Below are positions 1 to 12,259 of a stretch of DNA of 64,000 nucleotides, one piece after another. Numbering within the stretch: the stretch's first letter is position 1; each line of letters begins with the position of its first letter. The translations under genes were made by a program, and so were the position numbers. Origin of the DNA: Chiloscyllium plagiosum (Eukaryota); the NCBI RefSeq assembly GCF_004010195.1, contig NC_057749.1, forward strand, positions 22,949,886 to 23,013,885. The letters run 5' to 3'. Under the pieces are notes generated by a model. The model worked only from the letters and a program-made list of their open reading frames with translations. It was not told the origin of the DNA and ran no database searches.

Positions 1-502
1 AGAGAGATTGCTCTAATACTTTCAGTGGAGGCTTTGTCTGTTAATTTCTTTCAAATTACTGACGGTGTTTTCTCCCGCTGTCAGCAAGCTTGATTAGAAA
101 GGTGAAAACCAAAAATGGTATCCGATTAAAAAGGGTCTTCGATGAACCCAATTTACAGCAGACAGATCTTCGCTAATTAAAAAAATCTTCATTTACATTT
201 TCATGCCCCTTGCAGACTAACACTCATCAATTCATCGGATGTCAGTTAAAGTAAGTTAATTTTAACTCACCGACTCTGCCTATAGATGATAAATGATATC
301 TTGCTCAAGGCTATGGTGGCTGGATGCATCAATGCAGATAGAAGTTAAAGAATCCCTTTGACACCAAATCAACTTATAGCATGTGGTGACTACAGTCAGA
401 TCACCCCCATCAGCAGGAGGAAGTATTTAGTGTTGCCCCCTGTGGAGCTCCCAATATTGCAATGCAAGGACCTTTTAACATATCAATTTGTATATCATCA
501 AG

Positions 503-776
503 GGTGGCATGGTGGCTCAAGGTAGGTGTGCCTGCATCTCCTAACTCCCAAGGAGTGGGGTTCCTCCAGGTGCTCCAGTTTCCTCCCACAATCTAAAGAT
601 GTGCAGGTTAGATGAATTGGCCATGCTAAATTGCCCATAGTGTCCAGGGATGTGTAGGGTAGGTAGGTTAACCATGGGAAATATGGAGTTATAGGATGGG
701 TTGAGTCTGGCTTTTCAGAGGGTCAGTGTACTTTCAATGGGCTGAATGGCCTGCTTCCACATGATAGGGATTCTAT
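503..776 (+). mobile_element. HE1-like tRNA-derived V-SINE, diverged
   Basis: GGTGGCATGGTGGCTCA head remnant; V-domain core ttcctccaggtgctccagtttcctcccaca...ggccatgctaaattgccc; CR1-like tail. Confidence 0.8.
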
Positions 777-984
777 GCTTTGATCACTCACATCTGCCTA
801 CATTTGAAGTGTAATGTTACTCTGATTTAACATGTATGTAGTTCACATCAAAGATCATTATGGCAAGGTGAATTGGGATCTTGGCATTAACAGAGCATTG
901 GTATAGGAATTTGTCACTTTGCATGAATAAACAATTAATACCCAGTAAGTTATTGGTTAAAGAAAAAAGAGGAATTCAGCGCAT

Positions 985-1856
985 TAGGATTTTATTGGTA
1001 GAGGGATTGAATTTTGGAACCATTAAGTCATGCTGCAGCTGTACAAAACACTGGTGCAGCCACACTTGGAGTACTGCATACAGTTCTGGTCACCTCATTA
1101 TAGATTAGATTCCCTACAGTGTGGAAACAGGCCCTTCAGCCCAACCCGACCCTCCGAAGAGTAACCCACCCAGACCCATTTCCCTCTGACTAACGTACCT
1201 AACACTATGGGCAATTTAGTATGGCCAATTCACCTGGCCTGTACATCTTTGGGAGGAAACCAGAGCACCCGGAGGAAACCCACGCAGACCCAGGGAGAAT
1301 GTGCAAACTCCACACAGTCAGTCACCTGAGGCTGGAATTGAACCTGGGACCCTGGTGCTGTGAGGCAGCAGTGCTAACCACTGAGCCACCATGCTCAGAG
1401 GAGATTTACGAGGATGTTGCCGAGTATGGATGGAAGGTCTTACAAGGAAAGGCTGAGGGATTTGAGGCTGTTTTCATTAAAGAAAAGAAGGTTGAGAGGT
1501 GATTTAATTGAGACATACAAGATAATCAGGGGGCTAGATAGGGTGGACAGTGAGAGCCTTTTTCCTCAGATGGTGATGGCTAGCATGAGGGGACATAGCT
1601 TTAAATTGAGGGATGATAGATATAGGCTAGATATTAGAGGTAGGTTCTTTACTCAGAGAGTAGTAGGTGCAGGGAATGCAGTCCCTGCAACAGTGGTAGA
1701 CTGGCCAACTTTACAGGCATTTAAATGGTCATTGTATAGGCATATGGACAAGAATGAAATAATGTAGGTTAGATGGGCTTCAGATTGATTTCACAGGTTG
1801 GCTTAACATCGAGGGCCGAAGCGCCTGTACTTCACTGTAATATTCAATGTTCTATA
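985..1856 (+). mobile_element. CR1 (HER1-like) LINE 3' fragment, interrupted by a SINE at 1102-1395
   Basis: ORF 1414-1767 ERLRDLRLFSLKKRRLRGDLIETYKII...FFTQRVV is the CR1 ORF2 C-terminus. Confidence 0.9.
1102..1395 (-). mobile_element. HE1-like SINE
   Basis: Reverse strand reads tRNA-like head GCATGGTGGCTCAGTGGTTAGCACTGC...GGTTCAATTCC, V-domain, and (AATCT)n tail. Confidence 0.9.
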
Positions 1857-2079
1857 AATGACAGAAATGTAAAAATTTAGTTTGTTAGCAGGTGCATGTT
1901 TTTATTCATGATCTTTAAACTTCTCCTGCCATTGTACAATGTTATTTCTCATCAATAAACATACTTTATGTTAATTTTGTTTAGGTTGCTAAATGATTGA
2001 TGAGCACCATTGAAAAACAAATATGTAAAAGTACTAATTTTTACCTTCCAGTCTACATTGTGTCAATGACCATCACAGT

Positions 2080-2515
2080 AAAGATGAATATAGTCAGTAA
2101 GTGGGGTTTAGCAGAGACAACTGGTGGGGAAGAGCCATTGAAATACAAATGGACACCATTTTCACTTCTTGTTGCCATGGAAAGGCTACCAACATCATCA
2201 AAGACCCCTCCCACCCTGGCACTCCTCTCTTCCAACCTCTTCCATCAGGCAGAAGCTTAAACACATGCACCAACAGGTTGAAGAACAGCTTCTTCCCTGC
2301 TGATATTAAACTGATGAATGGTCCTCTCTCGCAAGATCAATGTTAATCTTGCTTTGTGCACCTCCTGTGCAGCCGTAACCTTGTACGCCTCACTCTGTCT
2401 AAGCACCCTATGATCTGTATGTCTTTGTTTGCTAGGACCTGCCTGTACTGCTTGCAAAACAAAACTTTTCACTGTACTTAGGTACATGTGACAGCAATAA
2501 ATCAAATCAAACTCA
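2080..2515 (+). mobile_element. Rex1/Babar-like LINE 3' fragment
   Basis: KATNIIKDPSHPG..LFQPLPSGR...RLKNSFFP; tail ttttcactgtacttaggtacatgtgacagcaataaatcaaatcaaa. Confidence 0.8.
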
Positions 2516-2521
2516 ATCCAT

Positions 2522-2990
2522 CAGAAAAGATTTACCAGGATGTTGCTGGGTACAGAGGGTTTGTACTATAAGTAGAGACTGGGAGTTTTTTTGCTGGAGC
2601 ATAGGAGGTTGAGGGGTGACCTTACACAGGTTTATAAAATCATGAGGGGTATAGATAAGGTGAATGACAGTATCTTTTCCCTAGGGTGGGGGATTTCAAG
2701 TTGAGGGGGCATATTTTTAAGGTGAGAGGAGAAAGATATTAAAGAAAGACATGAGGGGCAACTTTTTTTACATAGAAAGCGGTTCGTGTGTGTGGAATGA
2801 ACTTCCAGAGAAAGTGATGGACGTGGGTGTAGTTATAATGTTTAAAAGACATTTGGATAAGGAAATGAATAAGAAATGTTTGGGAGGATATGGGCCAGGA
2901 GCAGGCAGGTGGGACCAGTTTAATTTGGGATTATGGTTGGCATGGACTGGTTGGAACAAAGGGTCTGTTTCTGTGCTGCATGACTCTTAT
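2522..2990 (+). mobile_element. CR1 LINE 3' fragment
   Basis: MRGNFF...VWNELPEKV..FKRHLDK plus CR1 3'UTR. Confidence 0.88.
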
Positions 2991-3149
2991 AAGTGTGTCA
3001 GCAAACCTTACAATACCAGGCACCTATGGCTGTTATGCAGGTATTAATGTCAGTGAACTAGTAATCCAAAGGTCCAGGTTAATAGCAAAACCTACTAGAT
3101 CAGCTGGTGAAAGCTGGCATCAATCAATAAGTTCTGAATTGTTGAGGGA

Positions 3150-3265
3150 TTTGTGGCACAGTGGTAGTGTCTCTACCTCTGGTCAAAGAGACCTGGGTTC
3201 AAGACACACCAACGCCAGAAGAGTTGTCATAATGTCTCTGAAAAGGTTGATTTAAAGTATCTAAA
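3150..3265 (+). mobile_element. short tRNA-derived SINE (related copies at 32675-32910)
   Basis: GTGGCACAGTGG A-box and GGGTTCAAG B-box-like motifs; related copies in the window. Confidence 0.55.
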
Positions 3266-3424
3266 TGTGGAATTGAAAGACAGTTTCCCAAGAATAATGG
3301 TATAATTCCAAGTCAGGTTGATGTAGGACTTGGAGGGGAAACTGCAGGTAATGGTGTTCCCATGCGCCTGTTGCTCCTCTTCCTTCTGGACTTCAGCACT
3401 TGTGGATTTGGGAATAATAACCAA

Positions 3425-3656
3425 GTCTAAGCATCCTGTCCACAATGTGACCAGCCAGTTGGGTCTCATAGTATATGAGTTCCCTGTTTGGGGCTGATCC
3501 AATCAGCGATCTCTGGCTGACAAAGGAAGATGAATGTCAGGGATATTGAGCCCTGAATGCCTGACTCGGTGTGGGGCAGTGCTACTGTCAAAGGCTATGC
3601 ATTTGTAAATAACAGGTGATTGGTGACGGAATGGCACCTTCCGAAGAGTTATTTCA
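3425..3656 (+). mobile_element. short solo-LTR-like element
   Basis: Similar to the minus-strand element at 24523-25094 (ccaatcag.ga.c.ctggctgaca, gtaaataa, ggtga.gg); ends ...ttatttca. Confidence 0.5.
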
Positions 3657-3859
3657 GGGACTATACCTATTGTCATAAATAAAACCCATCTGGTTTACTA
3701 ATGTGTTTATGGGAAGAACGTCTACAATCCTACTGCACAACACAAGCATGGAAAGTAATTTGCATTTGCCTGCAGAAAAAGAACAGTAAGTTTGTGAGAG
3801 GATTTGTAGCTCGGGTGCTCGTTGTTGTGGTTCTGTTCGCCGAGCTGGGAATTTGTGTT

Positions 3860-3899
3860 GCAGACGTTTCGTCCCCTGTCTAGGTGACATCCTCAGTGC
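3860..3899 (-). ncRNA. minimal hammerhead motif (mirror copy)
   Basis: Exact reverse complement of 4021-4060. Confidence 0.8.
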
Positions 3900-4020
3900 T
3901 TGGGAGCCTCCTGTGAAGCGCTTCTGTGATGTTTCCTCCGGGCATTTATAGTGGTGGATACAAATGCCACTATAAATGCCAGAGGAAAGATCACAGAAGC
4001 GCTTCACAGGAGGCTCCCAA

Positions 4021-4060
4021 GCACTGAGGATGTCACCTAGACAGGGGACGAAACGTCTGC
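4021..4060 (+). ncRNA. minimal type-I hammerhead ribozyme motif
   Basis: GCA-CUGAGGA-U-GUCACCU-AGAC-AGGGGAC-GAAA-CG-UC-UGC: all core nucleotides present, stems I and II pair. Confidence 0.8.
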
Positions 4061-4124
4061 AACACAAATTCCCAGCTCGGCGAACAGAACCGCAACAACG
4101 AACAGTAAGAATTTGAGAGAGTGT

Positions 4125-4512
4125 TAGAGGCTGAGGGGTGACTTTCTAGAGCCTTACAAAATCATGAGGGTCATGGATTGGGTAAATAGACAAAGTCTTT
4201 TCCCTGCGATCAAAGACACCAAAACTAGGGAGGATAGGTTTAGGGTGAGAGGGAAAGATTTAAAAGGGACCGAAAGGAGTAACATTTTCACACAGAGAGT
4301 GGTGTGTATATGGAATGAGCTGCCAAAGGAAGTGGTGGAGGCTGATACAATTACAGCATTTAAAAGGAATCTGGATGGGTATATGAATAGCAAGGGATGA
4401 GAGGGATATGGGTCAAATGCTGGCAAATGAGACTAGATTAATTTAGGATATCTGGTTGGCATGGATGAGTTGAACCGAAGGATCTGTTTCCATGCTGTAC
4501 ATCTCTATGACT
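4125..4512 (+). mobile_element. CR1 LINE 3' end
   Basis: ORF 4164-4400 ...NIFTQRVVCIWNELPKEVVEA; 3'UTR. Confidence 0.88.
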
Positions 4513-4635
4513 GCAATGCTTTAGCACTTCACTGAACGATTTCTCCTGGCAACGGACTTTACTGAGAACAAGAGATCAGTTAAAGGATAGAAATACATTG
4601 GATATTTCTTCAAACTATGTCAGTATTGGTGAATG

Positions 4636-4845
4636 TACAGGAAGGCCTTGACTTATGAGCATCTAACTTATGAACATGTGTAATTATGAATTACTTAAAA
4701 GTATTAATATTAACTTTAAAGATCCAACATGCAAATATTTGCTCAAACTTATGAATGGCTAGTTTACATTTACTGCATTGAGTTCCAAATTGCATACAAG
4801 TTAATTTATGAACACATACAAGAATGGAACCCAGTCATAATGGTA
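4636..4845 (+). mobile_element. Tigger/pogo-like non-autonomous DNA transposon relic
   Basis: TACAGG..CC.(C/T)GACTTA(C/T)GA start, repeated ACTTATGAA (CpG-decayed ACTTACGAA) and GGAACCC near the end. Confidence 0.4.
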
Positions 4846-5094
4846 AAATATGCTAATTAGAATGTCTCAGGGCTTTGTGTTGGGATGGCTGATTTCTAAG
4901 ATTTAAAATTTGCAATTTGAATGACTGTACTATACCCATTTATATATGGAAAATAAGAAACTCAAGAGGTGACCATCTTCAATTATCTTCTTTTAAAAGT
5001 TACTATTGAATAGTCACCTGTTATTACAGAACTTAAATACTGATATATTGCTGAACAGACAGGTTGCTAAAACCTTTTGGCTTACCCTCCTCCA

Positions 5095-5878
5095 AGACAA
5101 ACGCAAGGACGTTAGGTTTTGACAAGTTGCTGCATAGGAGGCTACTAAATAATAACAGGGTCCATACTGTGAGGGTTAAGGTACTGGCATGGATAGAGGA
5201 TTGGCTGACTGGCAGAAGGCAGAGAGTGGGGATAAAGGGGTCTTTTTCAGGACTGCAACTGGTGACTAGTGCAGTTCCGCAGGAGTCAGCTTTGGGACCA
5301 CATCTATTCATGTTATGCATTCACGATCTGAATGATGGAGCTAAGGTCATTGTTGCTAAATCTGCAGATGATGCAAAGGTAGGTGAGGTGACAGGTAGTG
5401 TTAAGGAAGCCAGGAGGCTGCAGAAGGATTTGGACAGGCCTGAATAGTGGAAAAGGAGTGGCAGATGGAATACAATGCAGGAACATGTGAGGTTATGCAC
5501 TTTGGTAGGAACAACAGAGGCTGTTTTCTAGTTGTGGAAAGGCTTTGGAAATCTGAAGCACAAAGGATCTTGGGAATCTCAGTTCAGGACTCTCTTATGG
5601 TTAATTTGTTGGCAGTTATAAAGCCTTAGTGTGAAGGGATTACTCTTTAGAACTGAGATGAGGAGGAATTTCTTCAGCATTGCCACAGGAGGCTGTGGAG
5701 GGCAAGTCACTGAGTGTATTTCAGGCTGAGATAGATAGATTCTTGATTCAAAAGGGGATCAAAGGTTATGGGGTGAAGGCAGGAGAATAGAGTTGAGAAA
5801 CATATCAGCCATGAATGGCATAGTGGACTTAACAGACCAAATGGCCTAATTCTGCTCTTATATCACGTGGTCTTATAG
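5095..5878 (+). mobile_element. CR1 LINE RT fragment with internal deletion
   Basis: FDKL.H.RLL, WIEDWLTGRRQRVGI, VPQES.LGP.LF, ADD motif. Confidence 0.88.
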
Positions 5879-5879
5879 T

Positions 5880-6222
5880 TTAAAACAATGGCAAAAATGT
5901 ATAATATGGGTGAATCAGTTGAAGTCATAGCAAGGTTCATTAATGTCTGCTTGAAATAACATACATTTTGCAAGCAAGGGCCCCTTCTCTGGGTACAATA
6001 GGAATATGTTCAAACCTTAAAACTTTCTTTTTATATTACTAGGGAACGTAGGGAGCATACAGTTCTCCGTTGGCTGAGGCATCACCATGGAGAAAGCAAT
6101 TAGACTTGACTTGCCAGCCTATCAGCACCCTTTTCTCCTGTAGCATAATTGGTTGCCATTGTTTAAATTTGGCATTCTTGCATTTGTCCTGAGGGCAAGG
6201 CGAAAAGCTTTGGCAGCGTGTC
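5880..6222 (+). mobile_element. old PLE 3' end (related to 25570-26140)
   Basis: Shares ccatgg..a, .aatcagcac, ggcattct.gca.ttgtcctga with 25980-26110; degenerate hammerhead-like ctga...gaaaagctt. Confidence 0.45.
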
Positions 6223-6730
6223 AGCAATTACGACCGCATCCACTTCCACACAAACTCTTACAAATTGCTGCGTAAAATAATTTGCACTTCCCTTAAAGGT
6301 GCCCGTATCAACGCAAAGCCACAATTAACAGTCGTGAAATCTGTTCTGAAACTCGCAGCACTGTAGACCGAACGTAAGGCCAATAAACAGAGTGTGCAGA
6401 ACCGAACTGCATTTGTGACAAAGAGATTTCTCTTTGTGAATAAAGTGAATTTTTTGAAACACAAAAAAATGTGAAGCCACAGAACAGGAGGCAGCACACA
6501 GGTCAGTAGTCCTCTAACTCTTGTCACAGGAGCGGATAATATCAAACACTCACAAACACAGGTAGCAATGCAAGCTATGGTCAATTCAATCACTTTGAAT
6601 GAGATAAAATTCATGGAAGGAATGCCTCATGACAGTTTTACCCAAGTGCCTTTTTTTAAAAACGGATTGGCACTATGACATTTCAATTGAAATAAGTGTG
6701 TCTATTCAACTGTGTCATTCCTGAGATATA

Positions 6731-7037
6731 GATTAGATTAGATTCCCCCACAGTGTGGAAACAAGTCCTTCAGCCCAACCAGTCCACACCGACCTCCGAA
6801 GAATAACCCGCCCAGACCCTTTTCCCTCTGACGAATGTACCTAAACCTCTGGGGCAATTTAGCATGGCCAATTCACCTAACCTGCACATCTTTGGACTGT
6901 GGGAGGAAACCGGAGCACCCGGAGGAAACCCACACAGACACAGGGAGAACATGCAAACTCCATACAGTCACCTGAGACTGGAGTCGAACCTGGGACCCTG
7001 GTGCTGTGAGGCAGCAGTGCTAACCACTGAGCCACTG
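6731..7037 (-). mobile_element. HE1-like SINE
   Basis: Full body with (AATCT)n tail. Confidence 0.9.
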
Positions 7038-7364
7038 TATATAGAGTTCTTCATCTCAACTGTACTGCTATGAAGGTATTTTGGTCAGAGGTGTGGTATG
7101 TCCCAAAAAGGAGCTGATCAATTTGTGATATTCTCAGCATAATGCCTTGATTTGGGGCAACAAGCTTGGTTTGAACTTCAAACAAAGCTTGACAGTTAAC
7201 TGTCAACCATCATTAGCTAGTGCACTTTACCATGGCAACATCCCTACCTCACATACTATATACCAGTCAACACACTCCTCTCATACACTATAAATGTTAG
7301 CAGTCATACGACACTAGGTTATAGTCCAACAGGTTTATTTAAAATCACAAGCTTTTGGAGTGTT

Positions 7365-8165
7365 GCTCATCTAGATTAATGATATAGATGAAGGAACTGA
7401 GGGCATATGATACTAAGCTGGGTGGCAGGGTGAAATGTGAGGAGGATGTTAGGAGATTATAGGGTTACCTGGACAGGTTAGGTGAGTGGTCAGATGCATG
7501 GCAGATGCAGTTTAATGTGGATAAATGTATGGTTATCCACTTTGGTGGCAAGAACAGGAAGCCAGATTACTACCGAAATGGAATCAATTTAGGTAAAGGG
7601 GCAGTACAAAGAGATCTGGGTGTTCTTGTACACCAGTCAATGAAGGCAAGCATGCAGGTACAGCAGGTAGTGAAGAAGGCTAATAGCATGCTGGCCTTCA
7701 TAACAAGAGAGATTGAGTATAGAAGCAAAGAGGTTCTTCTGCAGCTGTACAGGGCCCTGGTGAGACCACATCTGGAGTACTGTGTGCAGTTCTGGTCTCC
7801 AAATTTGAGGAAAGACATTCTGGCTTTTGAGGAAGTGCAGCGTAGGTTCACGTGGTCAATTCCTGAAATGGTGGGATTACCTTACGCTGAAAGACTGGAG
7901 CGACTTGACATGTATATCCTTGGGTTTAGAAGACAGAGAGGGGAACTGATTGAGACATATAAGATTATGAAAGGATTGGACACTCTGGAGGCAGGAAACA
8001 TGTTTAGCTCTCAAGGATTGTGGAATCAAGGGTTATGGAGATAAGGCAGGAACAGGATACTGATTAAGGATGATCAGCCATGATCATATTGAATGGTGGT
8101 GCAGGCTCGAAGGGCAGAATGGCCTACTCCTGCACCTATTGTCTATTGTCTATTGTCTATTGTCC
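7365..8165 (+). mobile_element. CR1 LINE fragment with (CTATTGT)n tail
   Basis: ORF 7505-8044 MQFNVDKC...LYRALVRPHLEYCVQFWSP. Confidence 0.92.
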
Positions 8166-9385
8166 ATTCTGGCTAAATTTGCAGTTGATACCAAGATAGG
8201 TGAAGGGATAGGTAGTATTGAGGAAATAGGAAGACTGCAGAAGGATTTAGACAGGTTAGGAGAATGGGCAAAGAAGTAGCAGAAGGACTACAACATGGGA
8301 AAGTGTGAGGTCATGCACTTTGGTAAGAAGAAGAGGCATAGACTATTTTCTAAGTGGGGAGAAAATTCAGAAATCTGAAGTGCAAAGGGACTTGGGACTC
8401 CTAGTCCAGGATTCTCTTAAGGTAAACTTGCAGGTTGAGTTGGTAGTTAGGAAGGCAAAAACAATGTTGGCATTTATTTTGAGCAGACTAGAAGTACTTC
8501 TGAGGCTTTATAATGTTCTGGTCAGATCATGTTTAGAAACTTATGAGCAATTTTGGGGCCCCATACATCAGAAAGGGTGTACTGGCCCTGGAACAGGCTC
8601 ACAAGAATGATCCCAGAATCACTACGTGTGGAAACAGGCCATTTGGCCCAACAAGTCCATACCAACCCTGCAAAGAGTATCCCACCCAGATCCATTCCCC
8701 TACTACTTTACATTTCTACTGACTAATGCATCTAACCTACATATCCCCGAACACTATGGGCAATTTAGCATGGCCAATTCACCTAACCTGCACGTCTTTG
8801 GATTGTGGGAGGAAACCGGAGCACCTGGAGGAAATCCACACAAACGTAGGGAGTATTTGCAAACTCCATACAGTTACCCGAGGCTGGAATCAAACCTGGG
8901 TCCCTGGTGCTGTGACGGAGTAATGCTAACCACTGAGCCACCATGCCACTCATGATTGGCTTAACATATGAGGAACATTTGAGAACTCTGGGTTTACACT
9001 CGATGGAGTTTATAAGGATGAGGGGGATCTAATTAAAACATACAGAATACTGAATGGCCTGGACAGAGTGGATGTTGGGAAGATCTTTCCATTGCAGGAG
9101 AGACGAGGACCTGAGGGGACAGCCTTAGTGTGAAGGGAAGACCCTTTAGAATGGAGATGAAACTTCTTCAGCCAGAGAGTGGTGAATCTATGGAATTCAT
9201 TGCCAAAGAAGGCTGTGGAGGCCAGGTTTTTGAGTATATGTAAGACAAAGATAGGTTCCTGATTGTCAAGGGAATCAAAGGTTCTGGGGAGAATGGGCTT
9301 GAGAAAGTTATCAGCCACGATTGAATGGTGGAGCAGACTCGATGGGCCAAATGGTTTAATATCTGTTCCTACGTCTTATGGTCTT
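8166..9385 (+). mobile_element. CR1 LINE fragment interrupted by SINE 8620-8950
   Basis: KFAVDTKIG...LQKDLDRLGEWAK; QRDLG; 3'UTR. Confidence 0.88.
8620..8950 (-). mobile_element. HE1-like SINE
   Basis: V-domain and tRNA head on the minus strand. Confidence 0.88.
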
Positions 9386-9929
9386 ACTTCATCTAAGCCT
9401 ATCATCTGATTTCAAAAAGGATTTCAGATAGACATGAGAGAAATAAAGTCGCTAGGCTATAGGGACAGAGGTGAAATTTGATACTGTTTAGACTGATCCA
9501 CAATCTGGATTCAATGGGCCAATTTGCAAATGCTTGGAATTGTTCGCTTTGCCAACTGGATTGATCAGAGAGAGCTAAGCATGGGAAACTGGCTGCCATT
9601 TTCATTGTCAGTATGACACCTCCTGCCTCTGGCTGCCTCTCCTTCTCCCTCCACCTCGGCAGCAGCATAGCAGCGGGCAGAGTGAGCTGGGTGCTGTTCT
9701 TCACTTCGAGTGCTCTGAGTCAGTCTCCCCTGCCCACAGGCTCCTCCCAGTTCCTATCTGAATGGTGCTCCAGACAGGGGCTTCTTAGTCAGCGTCCTTC
9801 AGAACAGTCAGGTCTGGTGTCCTGGAACACACATGGGTGCCCAGGAAATTGCTACGACGGCGGGAGGGAGGGGTTTGTGGCTGGAAGGGGAAAGTCCATG
9901 TTGTATGTTGGTCAGGTGGCTCAATTATT

Positions 9930-10330
9930 ACAGTCAGAGAGGTTTACAGTATGGAAAGAGGCCCTTCAGTCCAGCCTGTCCATGCCATCCGGTTTTCACA
10001 ATTAATCCAGCCCCATTTACCTGTGTTTGGTCCATATCCCTCTCTACCCATCCCATCCACGTACCAATTGTTTCTTAATTGGCAAAATTGTACTCGCCTC
10101 CACCACTACCTTGGCAGTCCATTCCATCCTCTGTGTGAAAAAAATTGCCCCTCTGAACCCTTTTGTATCTCTCCTCTCTCACCTTAAACTTATGGCCTTT
10201 AGTTTTAGACTCCCTTACCATGGGGAAAAGCTTTTGGCTATCTACCATATGATTTTATAAACCACTATAAGGTCACCCCTCAGCCTCCTACAGTCCAGGG
10301 AAGGAAGCCCCAGCCTACCCAGCCTCTCTT
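9930..10330 (-). mobile_element. CR1 LINE 3' end
   Basis: Reverse complement of CR1 ORF2 end and 3'UTR. Confidence 0.8.
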
Positions 10331-10749
10331 GCTTACTAAGACTCTAAAAGTTTGATTAATGGAGCTGAACTGTGATTCAGTGATCTGAATTCCCAGGCAG
10401 GCCGTTAGCTAGGTGGTGCACAGTGTCTGTACATTGCAAGCCCATGTGAGTAAATCTTGCTGTTAAAGGCTATAACAAATGACCTGGAGTATTACACAGA
10501 GTGAGCTACAAGAAGGAACAATATGCATTTAGAAATATGGATCCCGCTGGAGCTTCAACACATCCTAACACAACATTCTGGTTTCATTTATTCTGTCGCC
10601 ACACAGAATTTCAAGGTTAGCTTTACAAATTCTGACTCTCAGTGGGACTGAATATTGAAAGATCCAGGACATGTCACCAGGCACCTGAAATGATTTTTAG
10701 GTCTGCAATAAATGTAAATTCGCATTTGGCTTGTACATAAACTCAAATA

Positions 10750-11820
10750 AATTACCCTTGAGAAGGTGGCGATGAGCTGCCTTCTTAAATTGCTGCAATC
10801 CGCGTGGAGAGAATACACCCACGGTGCTGTCAGGGAGGGAAGTCCTGGATTCTGACCCAGTTTCAGTGAGGGAATAGCAGTAGAATTCCAGGACTGAGTG
10901 GTATGTGGTTTGAAGAGGAAGTTGCATATGTTCTAATGGATCTTTTGCTCTTCTCCTTCAAAGTAATGGAGTTGCAAGTTTGGAAGGTGCTGTCCAAGGA
11001 GGCTGGTAAGTTATTGCATGTTCTCAATGATGCACATTTCTGACACTCTGCTTTGTCCCGAATGGTGTCAAGCTTCCTGAGTGTTGTTGGAGCTGCATTC
11101 ATCCAGGCAAATAGAGAGCATTTATTTGTAAATGTCAAATAGGCTTTGAAGAATCACCAGAGATTTCCAGCCTTTCATTATTCAACAGCCAGAGGATTTA
11201 TCAGGCTAGTTCAATTATGTTTCTGAAGCCCACCAGGTTGCTGATGGGGATTCGGTGAAAGCAATGTCATTGAACACCGAGGAGACAAGATTAGATTCTT
11301 TCTTTTGTTCGAGACGTCATTAGGCTGACATGTGGCGTAAATATTACTCATCACTAATCTGCTCAAGCCTAAACGTTATCCACATCTTGCTGCCTTCAGG
11401 GATAGATACAGTACCTCAGAAGTTGTGAATGCTACTGGACATCAGCAAATATTCCATTTCTGACCTTATGATGGAGGGAGAGTAATTGATGAAGCAGTTG
11501 ACAACAGGTTGGGAACATTACCCTGAGGAACTTCTCTAGGGATGCCTTGGAGCTGAAATGATTGGTCTCCAATACCCACCAACCATCTTCGCCTGTGTAT
11601 GACAAGAGTCCATCTAGAGAATGGCTTTTGTCCCTGAATCTCTTGACTTCAAAATTTTTAGCAGGCTCCTTGATTCCACAGTCAATGAAATGTTGCCTTC
11701 ATGTCCAAGGCAGCCACTCACCCCTCACTTCTGGAACTCAGCTCTTTTGGTCACATTTGGCATCAAGTGATCCTGCCGAAAGCTAAACTGAGTATCAGGG
11801 AGAAGGTTATTTGTGCGTTC
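10750..11820 (-). mobile_element. second CR1/L2-group LINE family (family B), decayed
   Basis: AWMNAAPTTLRKLDTIRDKA; 3' end cagctcaccaccaccttctcaagggcaa shared among copies. Confidence 0.75.
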
Positions 11821-11944
11821 ATACCTCATAATTAACAGGACCGACCCATTTTCTCCATTTCAAAGACCCTTAACTAGGAGGGTCACCCCCTTGCCTCTTT
11901 TTCACTCAGCTCTGCCTCTGTACTATCCCATCTAAACCCAGGCC

Positions 11945-12225
11945 CACTTCCATTTATAAGGACAAGGGTAGCAGATGTATGGGAACACCACCACCTTCAA
12001 ATTCCCCTCCAAGCCACTCACCAATTTGACCTGGAAATACATTGCTGTTCCTTCACTGTCGCTGGGTGAAAAATCCTGGAATTCCCTCCTTAATGGGTCA
12101 ACCCACAGCTGGTGGACTGCAGCAGTTCAAAAAGGCATCTCACCACCACCTTCTCAAGGGGCAACTAGGAACGGGCAATAAATGATAGCCCAGCCAGCTC
12201 CACTAACATCCTGCAAATGAATAAG
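11945..12225 (+). mobile_element. family-B LINE 3' end
   Basis: gggaacaccaccacct.caa.ttcccctccaagcc...gggcaataaatg. Confidence 0.75.
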
Positions 12226-12259
12226 TACAAAAAAAATGTATAGAAGGAGAGAGAGAGAG

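Larger units (their letters stand above)
3791..4099. mobile_element. fold-back Penelope/Poseidon-type terminal element with two hammerhead motifs
   Basis: Inverted arms 3819-3954 and 3967-4101; TSD GAACAGTAAG at 3781-3790 and 4100-4109; related to the PLE end at 30190-30290. Confidence 0.85.

Noticed and set aside
3654..4067. 137-aa ORF or pre-miRNA in the large hairpin
   Set aside because: Explained by an inverted PLE end with a TSD. The stem is much longer than a typical pre-miRNA, although small-RNA production is not excluded.
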